Made by a program: the position numbers and the translations under genes. From a bacterium (GTDB taxonomy: Bacteria; Patescibacteriota; Microgenomatia; Levybacterales; UBA12049), in NCBI GenBank assembly GCA_021791545.1, contig JAJYWL010000016.1, forward strand, positions 219,704 through 283,703: a stretch of 64,000 bases of DNA. The letters run 5' to 3'. This document shows positions 10,355 through 19,924 of the stretch, piece by piece. The notes under the pieces are model-generated. The model was not told the DNA's origin and did not search any database. It saw only the letters and a program-made list of their open reading frames with translations. How positions within the stretch are numbered: position 1 is the first letter of the stretch; the number at the start of each line of letters is the position of its first letter.

Positions 10355-10798
10355 ATGGCAGAAAAGAAAAAAGGAGATTACATTTTTGCATCGGGAAAAA
10401 GAAAAGCGGCAGTCGCAAGATTGAGGCTTTATAGTGCTCTTTCTGGAGTAGTTATCGGAACAAACATAGTTAAAAAAGGTGATATTTTTGTAAACGGTAA
10501 GAAAGCGGAAGAATACTTCTCAGACAAAGTTTCTCAAATGAAAATCAACGAACCTTTAAAGATCACAAATACTACTGATAAATATGCTATATCTGTAAAA
10601 CTCGAAGGTGGAGGAGTTCAAAGCCAACTCGATGCATTTGTTCATGCTATATCAAGAGCATTATCTAGTATAGACGATAAAAATAAAGCAATCCTCAGGA
10701 AAAAAGGTTTCCTTACAAGAGATGCAAGAGTAAGGGAAAGAAGAAAAGTAGGAATGGGTGGAAAAGCCAGAAGACAGAAACAATCTCCAAAGAGGTAA
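10355..10798 (+). CDS. rpsI: 30S ribosomal protein S9
   Basis: C-terminus ARRQKQSPKR is typical of uS9. Confidence 0.9.
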   Translation: MAEKKKGDYIFASGKRKAAVARLRLYSALSGVVIGTNIVKKGDIFVNGKKAEEYFSDKVSQMKINEPLKITNTTDKYAISVKLEGGGVQSQLDAFVHAISRALSSIDDKNKAILRKKGFLTRDARVRERRKVGMGGKARRQKQSPKR

Positions 10799-10801
10799 TA
10801 C

Positions 10802-11149
10802 TTAGCCTACTTCCTCAAGATATTCTTTTAAAGCAACAGCATTATTATGTTCTTCATTTTTTGCTGAAAAAAGGAGTGTTATATCCTCCTCACCTTTAAG
10901 TTCTATTAATTGTTTTATCTCTTCCTTCCTTTCTTTTAATTCCAAGAAATATTTTTTCCTGAATTCTTGCCATTTAGGATCTTCATGATTAAACCATTTT
11001 CTTAAATCTGTGCTAGGAGCCACCTCATTGATCCATAAATCTACTTTTGCGTCTTTTTTAGATATCCCTCTTGGCCACAGTCTATCTACAAGTATTCTTA
11101 GTCCATCTTCTTCTAAAGGTTCGTCATACACTCTTTTTACTTTTATCAT
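10802..11149 (-). CDS. DUF488 (YeaO-like) family protein
   Basis: [31 protein letters not shown] signature. Confidence 0.7.
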   Translation of the reverse strand: MIKVKRVYDEPLEEDGLRILVDRLWPRGISKKDAKVDLWINEVAPSTDLRKWFNHEDPKWQEFRKKYFLELKERKEEIKQLIELKGEEDITLLFSAKNEEHNNAVALKEYLEEVG

Positions 11150-11194
11150 GGATAAATTTTACTAAGGGTTTGTAAGTAGAGTGTTAGAGGATGT

Positions 11195-12229
11195 TTAGCT
11201 TTTTCTTTCGCCGATTATATTTATTAAGGCAGAGAATTTTTCTTTTCCTTCTATTGAAATTTCACCTTCATCAACAATTTTTTGTGCTTTACTCAAGTTT
11301 TCTTCTATCAATTTTTTGCCTTCTTCAAAAGCTCCGGATTGAGTAAAGACATTTCGAAGGGTTTCATAATCATTAGATGAAACTTCCTTTCCGAAATATT
11401 CCCTTAGTTTTTCTTTCTGTTCATCCGTTCCATTATGGAAAACAAAATTTGTGAAGAATGTGGGTTGGTTTGCAGCAATATCTGTAAATACACTTTTATG
11501 TAACACTTTAGGATCTCCCGTTAAATCAAGCATATCGTCCTGCATCTGAAATGCAAAGCCTAATTTTTCCCCCAGGTTTCTGCAGAAATCAAAGAAGTCT
11601 TTATCTGCCAAAGATGCTCCTACTTGTAAAGGTTTAATGAATGAATATCCAGAGGATTTTAGAAGAATCTTTTCATTTATTTCTTCATCATTTACAGACT
11701 CTTTGGTAGTTAAATCAATATCTACCATTTGCCCCATGATTACCTCGTCTGTCATTTGATAGAAAAGTTCTTTTGTCTTAGGATTTGTTTTATCAAATAA
11801 TTGCATTGCCCAAACAACTAGTACGTCTCCTACGAGAACTGCTTGTGAATATGCTACGTGCTTTAAATCTCCTGTTCTTTGTTCTTCTTTTAGTTTTTCT
11901 AAAACAAAAGAATTTATTGTACTTACGTTATGTCTTGTGGAAGCCTTATCCATAAAATCGTCATGAACAAGAAGGGAATTATGTAAGACTTCTAGGGCAA
12001 TAAGGTAATCCCAAATTTCATCTAAATTGTTTCCTTCTAAAGAGGAGTACATAAGGTAGGCAAGATATGGTCTCAATCTTTTTCCTCCAGCAAGTATTTC
12101 TTTTGTGTGGTTTGAGAAATCTGTTATGAAAGGATTTGATGTCTGAGAGGTAAATACTGAGAATTTTTTATTGAGAAACTCCTGTAGTTTTGGATCAAAA
12201 ACCTCTTTAAATTCTTTAAGGGAAAACAT
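11195..12229 (-). CDS. polyprenyl (isoprenyl diphosphate) synthase, trans-IPPS family
   Basis: Two Asp-rich motifs: LLVHDDFMD and FQMQDDMLD. Start trimmed to an internal ATG (MFSLKEF). Confidence 0.75.
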   Translation of the reverse strand: MFSLKEFKEVFDPKLQEFLNKKFSVFTSQTSNPFITDFSNHTKEILAGGKRLRPYLAYLMYSSLEGNNLDEIWDYLIALEVLHNSLLVHDDFMDKASTRHNVSTINSFVLEKLKEEQRTGDLKHVAYSQAVLVGDVLVVWAMQLFDKTNPKTKELFYQMTDEVIMGQMVDIDLTTKESVNDEEINEKILLKSSGYSFIKPLQVGASLADKDFFDFCRNLGEKLGFAFQMQDDMLDLTGDPKVLHKSVFTDIAANQPTFFTNFVFHNGTDEQKEKLREYFGKEVSSNDYETLRNVFTQSGAFEEGKKLIEENLSKAQKIVDEGEISIEGKEKFSALINIIGERKS

Positions 12230-12394
12230 AATAAAGTGAGTCGGCCTGAGGGACTTTCTTTTGAACACTTTCTGCCTTGGATAGATAAGATTATGAATGC
12301 TTATCAAATCAAAGAAGAAAATTCAATAGATTTTATAAATCCAACAGGGCATTCTGACGAATATTATAGGAGAAAAATAAACTAAAAGAAAGAG

Positions 12395-12604
12395 TTATAG
12401 AGGAAATGTTAATTTTATTCCTAATGCTTTGGCAATATTATTTATAATGTTCCATCTGGGGGTTGGTTCTCCTCTTTCAATTCTTGCGTAGTAATTAACA
12501 TGTATACCGGCTTTTTTTGCCACCTGTAATTGTGTTAAATTTTGTTCTTCCCGTGCAGATCTAAATTTTTCTCCTAGTTTTTTTATATCTACAGAACTAT
12601 CCAT
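12395..12604 (-). CDS. XRE-family HTH transcriptional regulator (69 aa)
   Basis: QNLTQLQVAKKAGIHVNYYARIERGE helix-turn-helix motif. Confidence 0.75.
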   Translation of the reverse strand: MDSSVDIKKLGEKFRSAREEQNLTQLQVAKKAGIHVNYYARIERGEPTPRWNIINNIAKALGIKLTFPL

Positions 12605-12766
12605 ATCGATTGTATTATATCATGTAATGTAAAAATTTGAGATTTAAGATGATTTCGACTTCAGCTTTTTATATCAAAATATTTTAATAACTTGACTTTG
12701 TGTTTTAATATCGGTTAGGATATAATCATTGATGCGGGTGTGGGTTTCTTGTCCATGACCCGCATT

Positions 12767-13588
12767 TTATTTACTCAGTTCCCACACAGAAAAATAGCTC
12801 GGTTTGTGATAAGTTTTATTTTGAGCTAAGCTACTAGTCTCCAATTTTTGTTTTAAATTATCAACTACTATTTCTTGTTTCTCAGAAAGTTTATCGGATA
12901 TTAATCCTGTTGATTTTTTGAAATCGTACATTACACAACCCAATAAAATATCTACTACCTGTAATAATAAAGACGAATGTGATTCTAGTCTACTTACGCC
13001 AAATACCGAATCAGGCATTTTATTTTTTGTTAATCTGTATTTAATTGCATCTGTCAATGACCGCTCAAATGATTTTTTAATATTTGTTGGCCTGGTTAGG
13101 TCATCAGCAAGTACGCAAATTCCACAAGGAGAAATATTTTTTATGTTATTTGCAATCAACATAGAAGCTTGGAGAATGTATGTTTCCCAAGGATTAATTA
13201 CTGGTTGCCATTTAGATTTATTATCTGCATGTTTTTGTCTATCAATAACAAGCGCACAAAATCTGACATTTGAAAATTTAAAATAATTATCTAATAAAGA
13301 GCTATAAATTGTATTATTAGTTGAATTAATATACTTAAATTTTAATTCGAAATTTCTTGTACTTTTGGCAATTTCAGCAATTTGTTCGTATTCCGCATTT
13401 TTTGTTAAATCCGCAATTCTTGCTGTTTTCTGTGCACGGGCAATATCTTTTGCTTTATCATAAAATGGCTTCATAGAATCATAGAAATCACCAATTTCAT
13501 CATCAACCAAAAGAAGTCCCAATCCAAAATATCTTTCTTGAGAAGAATTTCCACTTTCATCAATAAATGCAAAATAGTTTTTCGACAT
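12767..13588 (-). CDS. DUF3800-like protein (RNase H-like fold predicted)
   Basis: N-terminal FAFIDESGN motif characteristic of DUF3800. Start set at the internal ATG downstream of a TTGACC-N18-TATAAT promoter. Confidence 0.55.
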   Translation of the reverse strand: MSKNYFAFIDESGNSSQERYFGLGLLLVDDEIGDFYDSMKPFYDKAKDIARAQKTARIADLTKNAEYEQIAEIAKSTRNFELKFKYINSTNNTIYSSLLDNYFKFSNVRFCALVIDRQKHADNKSKWQPVINPWETYILQASMLIANNIKNISPCGICVLADDLTRPTNIKKSFERSLTDAIKYRLTKNKMPDSVFGVSRLESHSSLLLQVVDILLGCVMYDFKKSTGLISDKLSEKQEIVVDNLKQKLETSSLAQNKTYHKPSYFSVWELSK

Positions 13589-13606
13589 AAATTCTAGAAT
13601 AGCCAA

Positions 13607-13636
13607 ATTATACGCTCGGTTAAGCTTTAAGGTCAA
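13607..13636 (-). promoter_or_regulatory. promoter TTGACC-N18-TATAAT for DUF3800 gene
   Basis: Hexamers read on the minus strand, 18 nt upstream of the ATG at 13588. Confidence 0.45.
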
Positions 13637-13694
13637 GTTAAGCAGAGATTAATTAAGCTTGACAGTATTAAATAAATACTGATAATCTAAATAT

Positions 13695-14498
13695 ATGGAT
13701 CCAAGACCACCATCAGAGCCAGGACAAAGTCCAACGGAGGGGCAAGGCGGAGTACCGCCAGTAGAACAACCAACATCAGAAACCGTAGGAACATTTAAAC
13801 CGGGATTAGTTGAGAGACTAGACTCTGCAAGGAATCAATTAGGTGCGTTAGAGCAAGAGGCTGAACGAAGCATGCAGGAGTTAACGCATGGTCTTCGTAG
13901 TGTTGCTAAGAAGGCAGTTAGCGAATTGCCTGTTACAGCTATCACTATAGCAAGAGAACCTGAAAAGATGCGGGTAGAGGAGGTAAGCGATAAGCCTTCC
14001 GTGATAAGACAAGATCGGGAAGAAGTTCGTGATGGTGTTTTTGTATCAGGTGATGGAAAAAGTGTAAAATTACATGTAAAAAATACAGGCACATTTTATC
14101 AGCCAATTGACGAAACTGATACAAAAAGTGTTGAATTTCTTACTAGTTATTATGGTAAAGACATGGCGAGCATACGTAGACGCTATATGGAGCTTCATGT
14201 TCCAGATGATCCCGAATTAATAGTTTCAATAGATTCTTTATGGAACCCTAACAGTTTTATTATTCGTAGGGGTACATCAAAAGATGAAGACGATCAAATA
14301 AAAGTAGGTAGGCGTAATGATGGTAGGGTGGGTGTAGAGGTTGGTTTGTTTGCCTCCGATATTGGTGATCCATTTGATATAGTAAGAAGAACTTTGGATT
14401 TTACTAAATCCGCAACCCTGAAACCCGTGGAAAATCAAGCGCAAACTCCACCACCTACGCCACCGGCTCAACCAGCAGAAGGTATGCCGCAGAGTTAA
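13695..14498 (+). CDS. hypothetical protein, Pro/Glu-rich termini, GC-rich codon usage
   Basis: 267-aa ORF. Composition is clearly GC-richer than its surroundings. No recognisable domain. Confidence 0.5.
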   Translation: MDPRPPSEPGQSPTEGQGGVPPVEQPTSETVGTFKPGLVERLDSARNQLGALEQEAERSMQELTHGLRSVAKKAVSELPVTAITIAREPEKMRVEEVSDKPSVIRQDREEVRDGVFVSGDGKSVKLHVKNTGTFYQPIDETDTKSVEFLTSYYGKDMASIRRRYMELHVPDDPELIVSIDSLWNPNSFIIRRGTSKDEDDQIKVGRRNDGRVGVEVGLFASDIGDPFDIVRRTLDFTKSATLKPVENQAQTPPPTPPAQPAEGMPQS

Positions 14499-14652
14499 TG
14501 ATTTATCCATTAGCTTGAAAATAGCCACGAACAGGTTTAACTTGATATAAATTACGTTGCAACAATAGGTCTTCTTGATGCTTTTTATATAGTTAGGATT
14601 CTATTATTATAATTATCTTGTAAAAATACGCACATTCTTATAAACTCTACTC

Positions 14653-15567
14653 ATGGATCCGACTAAAGAACATTCTCTGCCTCCTAATCCCATTGAGCAA
14701 AAAGTTAAGGATGCGTTTGCAGATTATCCAAGTACTACACAAAGAGGAATTACTTCGGTATTAGAAATGCAACGAAAGGCGTGGCAAAGACTAAGAAGTA
14801 ATCCAGGAGACATGATAACAGGAGTAGTAGTTTCGGAGGGACTTGCTTATCAAACTTCAATTACCAGTGTAGAGATTCCTAAGCGGGAACTCTCTCCCGA
14901 AGAAAAGCTAGCTTATACAAAGTTTCAAGAATTAATCGAACCTTATAAACGTACTAAAGTTTATGGGTTTCCTTCGGGTGATGAACCAAATACACGTTTT
15001 TATCTATCGCTAAAAGATGGCTTGCAGTCAGTTGGATTAATGACTGATTTAACCACAAAGCTTTTGGATTTACATAAACAAGGAAAGCTACCTTTCTTTA
15101 TGTATAAATTTGATAGCACCGACGAAGAAGGAACAATTAGATTTGATCCTCAATATAGAGATAAGGGAGCTTCGCCAATATTATATGTTCCAAATGCAGA
15201 TGTTGAAATTACGAATCAGATATTAGAAGAATTATCAAATCAATATCCCGAAGCATTTTTGCCGCAAGATGCACCTTTTAAATATCCTTCCCACGGGCAA
15301 ATAAATGAAGGTTGGCACATTTCAATGGAGGCTTCTGATTTAAGTGAACAATTTAAAACGCCCGAACAAGGAATGAGGAAAGCTTCTAGTGATTTTCTTA
15401 TGTCTCTTGGTCTTACAAAAGAGTGGATTCCTGTACAATCTTTAGATGCTATGAATCTCAGAAAATCTTGGGAAAAATCAGTACTTAAAGTTCATAGGCA
15501 ACCTCAAACGCCCTGGATCACATTAAACAGTGGATTAATCCCACCAATCTTGACAAACTCTAGTTAA
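14653..15567 (+). CDS. hypothetical protein (304 aa), GC-rich
   Basis: Long ORF starting ATGGATCC like its neighbour. No recognisable domain. Confidence 0.5.
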   Translation: MDPTKEHSLPPNPIEQKVKDAFADYPSTTQRGITSVLEMQRKAWQRLRSNPGDMITGVVVSEGLAYQTSITSVEIPKRELSPEEKLAYTKFQELIEPYKRTKVYGFPSGDEPNTRFYLSLKDGLQSVGLMTDLTTKLLDLHKQGKLPFFMYKFDSTDEEGTIRFDPQYRDKGASPILYVPNADVEITNQILEELSNQYPEAFLPQDAPFKYPSHGQINEGWHISMEASDLSEQFKTPEQGMRKASSDFLMSLGLTKEWIPVQSLDAMNLRKSWEKSVLKVHRQPQTPWITLNSGLIPPILTNSS

Positions 15568-15596
15568 ATATATTGTATCAATTGCTTTAAACACAA

Positions 15597-15938
15597 TCAC
15601 TTTGAATACTCTGCAAACAGCTTTTCTTTTTCTTCCAAAATATGGTGCAGTTGTTTTTCCATGTTTCTAATAGCCTCCCATACTTCCGGTTTGTTTCTTA
15701 AATCCAAAACATTGTGAAGTTCTGCATATTGGGCTAATAATTGGTGATGTCTATTTTCTAATGCCTTTTTAATATATTGAAACTGGATGTGTCTACTAAG
15801 TGTATGCCACTCTGGAAAATTTGCCAAAAAATTTGGATCATATTCTCCCATTTCAATTGTCTTTTCCAAGGTCATATTCGGGCTTTGAGATGGTGTCCCT
15901 CCGCCTATGCTCTGTTCGCTTTCTCCTTGTTCTTCCAT
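15597..15938 (-). CDS. hypothetical protein (start at internal MEEQGE)
   Basis: ORF only. Confidence 0.35.
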   Translation of the reverse strand: MEEQGESEQSIGGGTPSQSPNMTLEKTIEMGEYDPNFLANFPEWHTLSRHIQFQYIKKALENRHHQLLAQYAELHNVLDLRNKPEVWEAIRNMEKQLHHILEEKEKLFAEYSK

Positions 15939-16091
15939 AATGAAATTATATACTATTTTATAGTATAGGCTTGATATTAAAATTACAATGTAATTACAGA
16001 TTAAAGCCAAATTAAAAACAGATTTAATCTAATTTTGACAAAGAATACGAACAGGAATTAACTAATAATTGTTTTATAATATAATTACTTT

Positions 16092-16478
16092 ATGGACAAA
16101 AGAATCGGAACAGTCTGCTTTATAATTCAGGATAATAATATACTTCTTGCTTTAATTGAGTACGGACCAAACGACAGAAAATGGAATGGAATTGGAGGAC
16201 ATGTTGATTCTAATGAATCCCCTGAAGATGCAGTAGTTAGGGAGTTTTCAGAAGAAACATATATTAAAGTTAATAAAAATGATCTTATTAAGGTATTGGA
16301 AATAAATAGCGATATTAAATTATTGGTATATAAGACAAATCATTGGCAGGGAGAAATAAAAGCAAAAGAAATATCGCTTAAAGAATTTAGGTGGTTTGAT
16401 AAAGACGAAATACCTTTCGATCAAATGTATCCCGACAATAAGGAGTGGTTACCAAAGCTATTTGTAAATGAACCTTAA
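16092..16478 (+). CDS. NUDIX hydrolase
   Basis: Nudix box GGHVDSNESPEDAVVREFSEETYI. TATAAT lies 6 nt upstream of the ATG. Confidence 0.8.
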   Translation: MDKRIGTVCFIIQDNNILLALIEYGPNDRKWNGIGGHVDSNESPEDAVVREFSEETYIKVNKNDLIKVLEINSDIKLLVYKTNHWQGEIKAKEISLKEFRWFDKDEIPFDQMYPDNKEWLPKLFVNEP

Positions 16479-17511
16479 TGATTTTAAATCATATTTAGAA
16501 GAACAAACTAGGAAGGATTTATTTTCTGGGTCCGTTTTAATTACAAAAGACGATAATACGTTTCTTGAATACGCATCCGGTTTTGCTAATAAAGAAAAGC
16601 AAATTAAAAATAATATAAACACAAAGTTTAATTTAGGTTCTATGAATAAAATGTTCACTGGGGTTGCTATTGTCCAACTAGCACAAGACGGAAAATTATC
16701 TTTTCAAGATATAGTCGGAAAGTTTATTCCCAATTACCCTAATAAAGAGGTTTTAGAAAAAGTTACGATCCATCAATTACTGACACATACTTCGGGGTTG
16801 GGACATTACCTAAATGAAAAGTATATGGAAAAAAGAACCCAACTTAAAACAATAGATGATTTTATTGCTCTTTTTGCTGAAGAACCTCTTTTGTTTGAAC
16901 CCGGAACAAAATGCATTTACAGCGCAAACGGATACACCTTACTTGGAAAAATAATTGAAGTTATTTCTGAAATCAGCTATTACGATTATGTTAAACAAAA
17001 TATTTTTCTTAAAGCGAATATGTTAAATACTGATTCCTACGAAATTGACTCCAATAACATACCTGAAGATATTGCAATCGGATATACACGAAGAATTGAT
17101 ATCCAGGGTAATATGAATGAAGAAGGGGAACGCAAGGATAATCTTTGGATTAACCTTATCAAAGGAGATTCCGGAGGTGGTGGTTATTCTACTTGTCCAG
17201 ATTTACTTAATTTTTCAAACACTTTGTTAAATAATAAATTATTAAATCCGGAAATGACTAAAATAGTTTTAACCCCATATGTAAACGAAGGCACTAAAAA
17301 CGGTCAGACTAAAAATGAAGGTTATGGATTCCAGGTTTGGGATATTAATGGCATTAAAAGAATCGGTCATCCGGGAAGATTTGCCGGAGTTAATACCCGT
17401 TTTGATGTGTATCCTGATTTAGGGATAACAGTTGTAGTTTTGGCAAATTATGATCCACCAGCTGCGTTTGATATTGCAGAGAACGCTACAAAACTAATTA
17501 CAACCAGTTAA
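16468..17511 (+). CDS. serine hydrolase, beta-lactamase/PBP-like family
   Basis: SMNK (SxxK) active-site motif, plus YSANG and HPG elements. Length 347 aa. Confidence 0.7.
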   Translation: MNLNDFKSYLEEQTRKDLFSGSVLITKDDNTFLEYASGFANKEKQIKNNINTKFNLGSMNKMFTGVAIVQLAQDGKLSFQDIVGKFIPNYPNKEVLEKVTIHQLLTHTSGLGHYLNEKYMEKRTQLKTIDDFIALFAEEPLLFEPGTKCIYSANGYTLLGKIIEVISEISYYDYVKQNIFLKANMLNTDSYEIDSNNIPEDIAIGYTRRIDIQGNMNEEGERKDNLWINLIKGDSGGGGYSTCPDLLNFSNTLLNNKLLNPEMTKIVLTPYVNEGTKNGQTKNEGYGFQVWDINGIKRIGHPGRFAGVNTRFDVYPDLGITVVVLANYDPPAAFDIAENATKLITTS

Positions 17512-17570
17512 TTTTCTATAATATTTTATCTCCTAATGTTTACTCTCTAACAGATGCATCTAAAAATACA

Positions 17571-18032
17571 TTATTTTGTTAACTCTATTGGGGGTCTTTG
17601 GGGAATTTCCTCATTTGTATTTGGTATTTCAAAAATCACATACAACCCGCTACCAGTCATTTGAGTAGGAATATGTATTGGTATATATTTTTCTTTAGTA
17701 AAATTTTCTCCAAATTTTTTCTTTACTTCTTCGTGTACGCTTGCACCCATTACGCTGCCAACGGATATTGTGCCTTTTGGAATCAGCTGATCCACGCTAT
17801 GAATATTTAATTCTTTCATTTTAGGATAAATTTCCTGAATTTGTTCAAAACACAAAAGGATTATGTTTAAAATTTCATAGCCAGCTCTAATATAGTCATC
17901 TTCCGTTGGTTTTTCTTCCGTTCCCTCGATGCTAAAGTCTTGAATCTTTTTTAATGCGGGTAACGAGCTGATATTCGTATTCGAAAAGTTAAACCCTTGA
18001 GGAAAATAATTTTTAATATAATATTCCGCCAT
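17571..18032 (-). CDS. hypothetical protein
   Basis: ORF only; start at internal ATG (MAEYYIKNYF). Confidence 0.35.
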   Translation of the reverse strand: MAEYYIKNYFPQGFNFSNTNISSLPALKKIQDFSIEGTEEKPTEDDYIRAGYEILNIILLCFEQIQEIYPKMKELNIHSVDQLIPKGTISVGSVMGASVHEEVKKKFGENFTKEKYIPIHIPTQMTGSGLYVIFEIPNTNEEIPQRPPIELTK

Positions 18033-18106
18033 AATTAATACACTATTACAATTTCTAAGAAATAGCAATGTCCGAATAGGATTTAAGCATAGTTCTAACT
18101 AATTAG

Positions 18107-18160
18107 AATACGTCAGCTGCCTTTGACATTGCAGTAAAAGTATTTAGCTTTCTTTTCTAA
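18107..18160 (+). pseudogene. 3' remnant of a second beta-lactamase-family gene (encodes ..SAAFDIAVKVF..)
   Basis: 19/22 nt identity to 17463-17484 (the 3' end of the intact gene), in the same frame and encoding AAFDIA. Confidence 0.4.
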
Positions 18161-18187
18161 TAATAATTTAAATAAAATTTTTATGTT

Positions 18188-19579
18188 CTAATATTCAATC
18201 GCCTTGGGAAACTGTCTTATTTGGGGTGTTGGTTGAACAAAGGTACTTCTATAATTTCTGTAATCAAGAGTTGCCAGTTCTGTTGCTCTTTTTCTTCTTA
18301 TATTGGTTTCGCCGTTCTCACCTACCATTCCCGGAAATAGTGCTTTAAAATATCTGTCGGGGAATAATGGATCTTGTGAAACTGCTGTATCCAACTTTCT
18401 TGCAATATCTGGCGGGACTGCGACAGATAGACGAACCTGCACCCCTCCACGAGTATCATAAGGCGTTTCTGTATACATGTAATAATCGTAGGATGACCAG
18501 TCTTTTTCTCCATGTTTTCCTTGAAAAGTTTTCGCTTCCTCTCCGCTTCCCGTATAACTAGTTGCCTGAAAATTACTCGCAACCCACATTTGCCTATTTA
18601 CATGGTCATATGGAGACCAAACATTATGGTTGGGAGAACTATAATCATAATCAAATTGATATCTGGGTAAAAATTTTTGTAATGCCCGATAGTCCGCTTC
18701 ATTACCGACAATATTGCTTCCCATAGAAAAACCTTGTCCTGGATATTGACCTAACCCATTGGTCTTATCTACAGGATATAGAAAGCCCCAAAGCTGACCA
18801 AAACCATTATCATGAGTTGCCTTAGCAAGCTCATTAGCTATTTGTTCCTGTTGTTCTTCGGCAGATTTTGTTTCTGAAGTTCTTGAGCTTACATTTGCAT
18901 CAGACTGTTGCTCTGTTGATCGTGGCACTTCATTCTCTTCACGTATTAGTCTATCTTCTAAATTTCTAGCTGCCGCAATACGGAATTTTAATTCAGCCGC
19001 GTCACCAGGTGACAATTCATCATTATCTAATATTCCATGCCATTCATAAATTAATCCTTGTAAAATATCAGTTGCTTCCGAAGCTTGCATTTTTTTTGCT
19101 TCTGGAAGAAAATCTTCCATCTCAGTACTGAGAATGTCTCCGCCTGAAGCAATTAGCTCCTGAGTTTTTTCATCCATTAAATCAATTGCTTTCATACCAG
19201 CTATCATATCTGCTACTTCAATTTCCTTTTCAGTTAATTGAGCTTGTTTAATCGCATGCATATGTTCAGGACTATTTCTATACCCAGGATTATTTCTTGT
19301 ATTTTTTAATAAACTGGCATTTTGTTTTTTAAGAGTATCCTCAAGACGCAAGGTAACATTAGTCAAAGAGCCTGGTATTGGAGTTGTTTCTGAAGAATCG
19401 CCACCTTCAGCAAGTCTTTTAATAACATCGTCGGGATTTGCTCCTTGGTTAACTTCATTACCAATACTTTCCCCCGTTGCCTTAGCAGTTGCATCTACTC
19501 TTGGAACTTCAGGTCGAATATTCGGCTTTGTAGTTTCTTGTCTGACAATAGGTTGTTCTGGTGTTGGTAAATCAGGCAT
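18188..19579 (-). CDS. hypothetical protein, 463 aa, Pro/Glu-rich N-terminus, Tyr/Trp/Asp-rich C-terminal domain
   Basis: Long ORF translationally coupled to the upstream small ORF (8-nt overlap). Confidence 0.55.
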   Translation of the reverse strand: MPDLPTPEQPIVRQETTKPNIRPEVPRVDATAKATGESIGNEVNQGANPDDVIKRLAEGGDSSETTPIPGSLTNVTLRLEDTLKKQNASLLKNTRNNPGYRNSPEHMHAIKQAQLTEKEIEVADMIAGMKAIDLMDEKTQELIASGGDILSTEMEDFLPEAKKMQASEATDILQGLIYEWHGILDNDELSPGDAAELKFRIAAARNLEDRLIREENEVPRSTEQQSDANVSSRTSETKSAEEQQEQIANELAKATHDNGFGQLWGFLYPVDKTNGLGQYPGQGFSMGSNIVGNEADYRALQKFLPRYQFDYDYSSPNHNVWSPYDHVNRQMWVASNFQATSYTGSGEEAKTFQGKHGEKDWSSYDYYMYTETPYDTRGGVQVRLSVAVPPDIARKLDTAVSQDPLFPDRYFKALFPGMVGENGETNIRRKRATELATLDYRNYRSTFVQPTPQIRQFPKAIEY

Positions 19580-19922
19580 TTTTATCCTCCTTTTGCAGGC
19601 TTTGTTTTAAAAGCTTTTCTGCTTCGTCAAATTTTCCCGATTTTATCATCATTTCTGCATGTTTGGCAACCAATTTATCTACTTCTGATTCGTGTTCTGA
19701 TAATAAGGGAAGTATGGCTTGAGAAAGTTCTGTAAAATGGTCATCTAAAGTTGGAGCAATTTCGTATATTTGTTCTAATGTTAACGGTGGATGAAGTTTC
19801 TCCAATAGCAATTTTGCAATTTGTTGTGCCCGGTCTAAATCCATTTGCCCGTTTTGTAATTTCTGGGCAATAATTTCCAGAATATCCTTTTCCAGTTGTT
19901 TTCTTTTTTCTTCAGCATCCAT
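19572..19922 (-). CDS. small acidic all-helical protein (116 aa)
   Basis: ORF lying 2 nt after the kinase-like gene and overlapping the next start. Confidence 0.45.
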   Translation of the reverse strand: MDAEEKRKQLEKDILEIIAQKLQNGQMDLDRAQQIAKLLLEKLHPPLTLEQIYEIAPTLDDHFTELSQAILPLLSEHESEVDKLVAKHAEMMIKSGKFDEAEKLLKQSLQKEDKNA

Positions 19923-19924
19923 AA

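Noticed and set aside
12732-12765. GC hairpin ATGCGGGT..ACCCGCAT downstream of the DUF3800 gene, considered as a terminator
   Set aside because: The U-tract is on the plus strand, where no gene ends. On the minus strand it lacks a U-run. Kept only as an unexplained palindrome.
12918-13286. 122-aa plus-strand ORF inside the DUF3800 gene
   Set aside because: It is antisense to a gene with a recognisable family motif and its own promoter, with no independent support.
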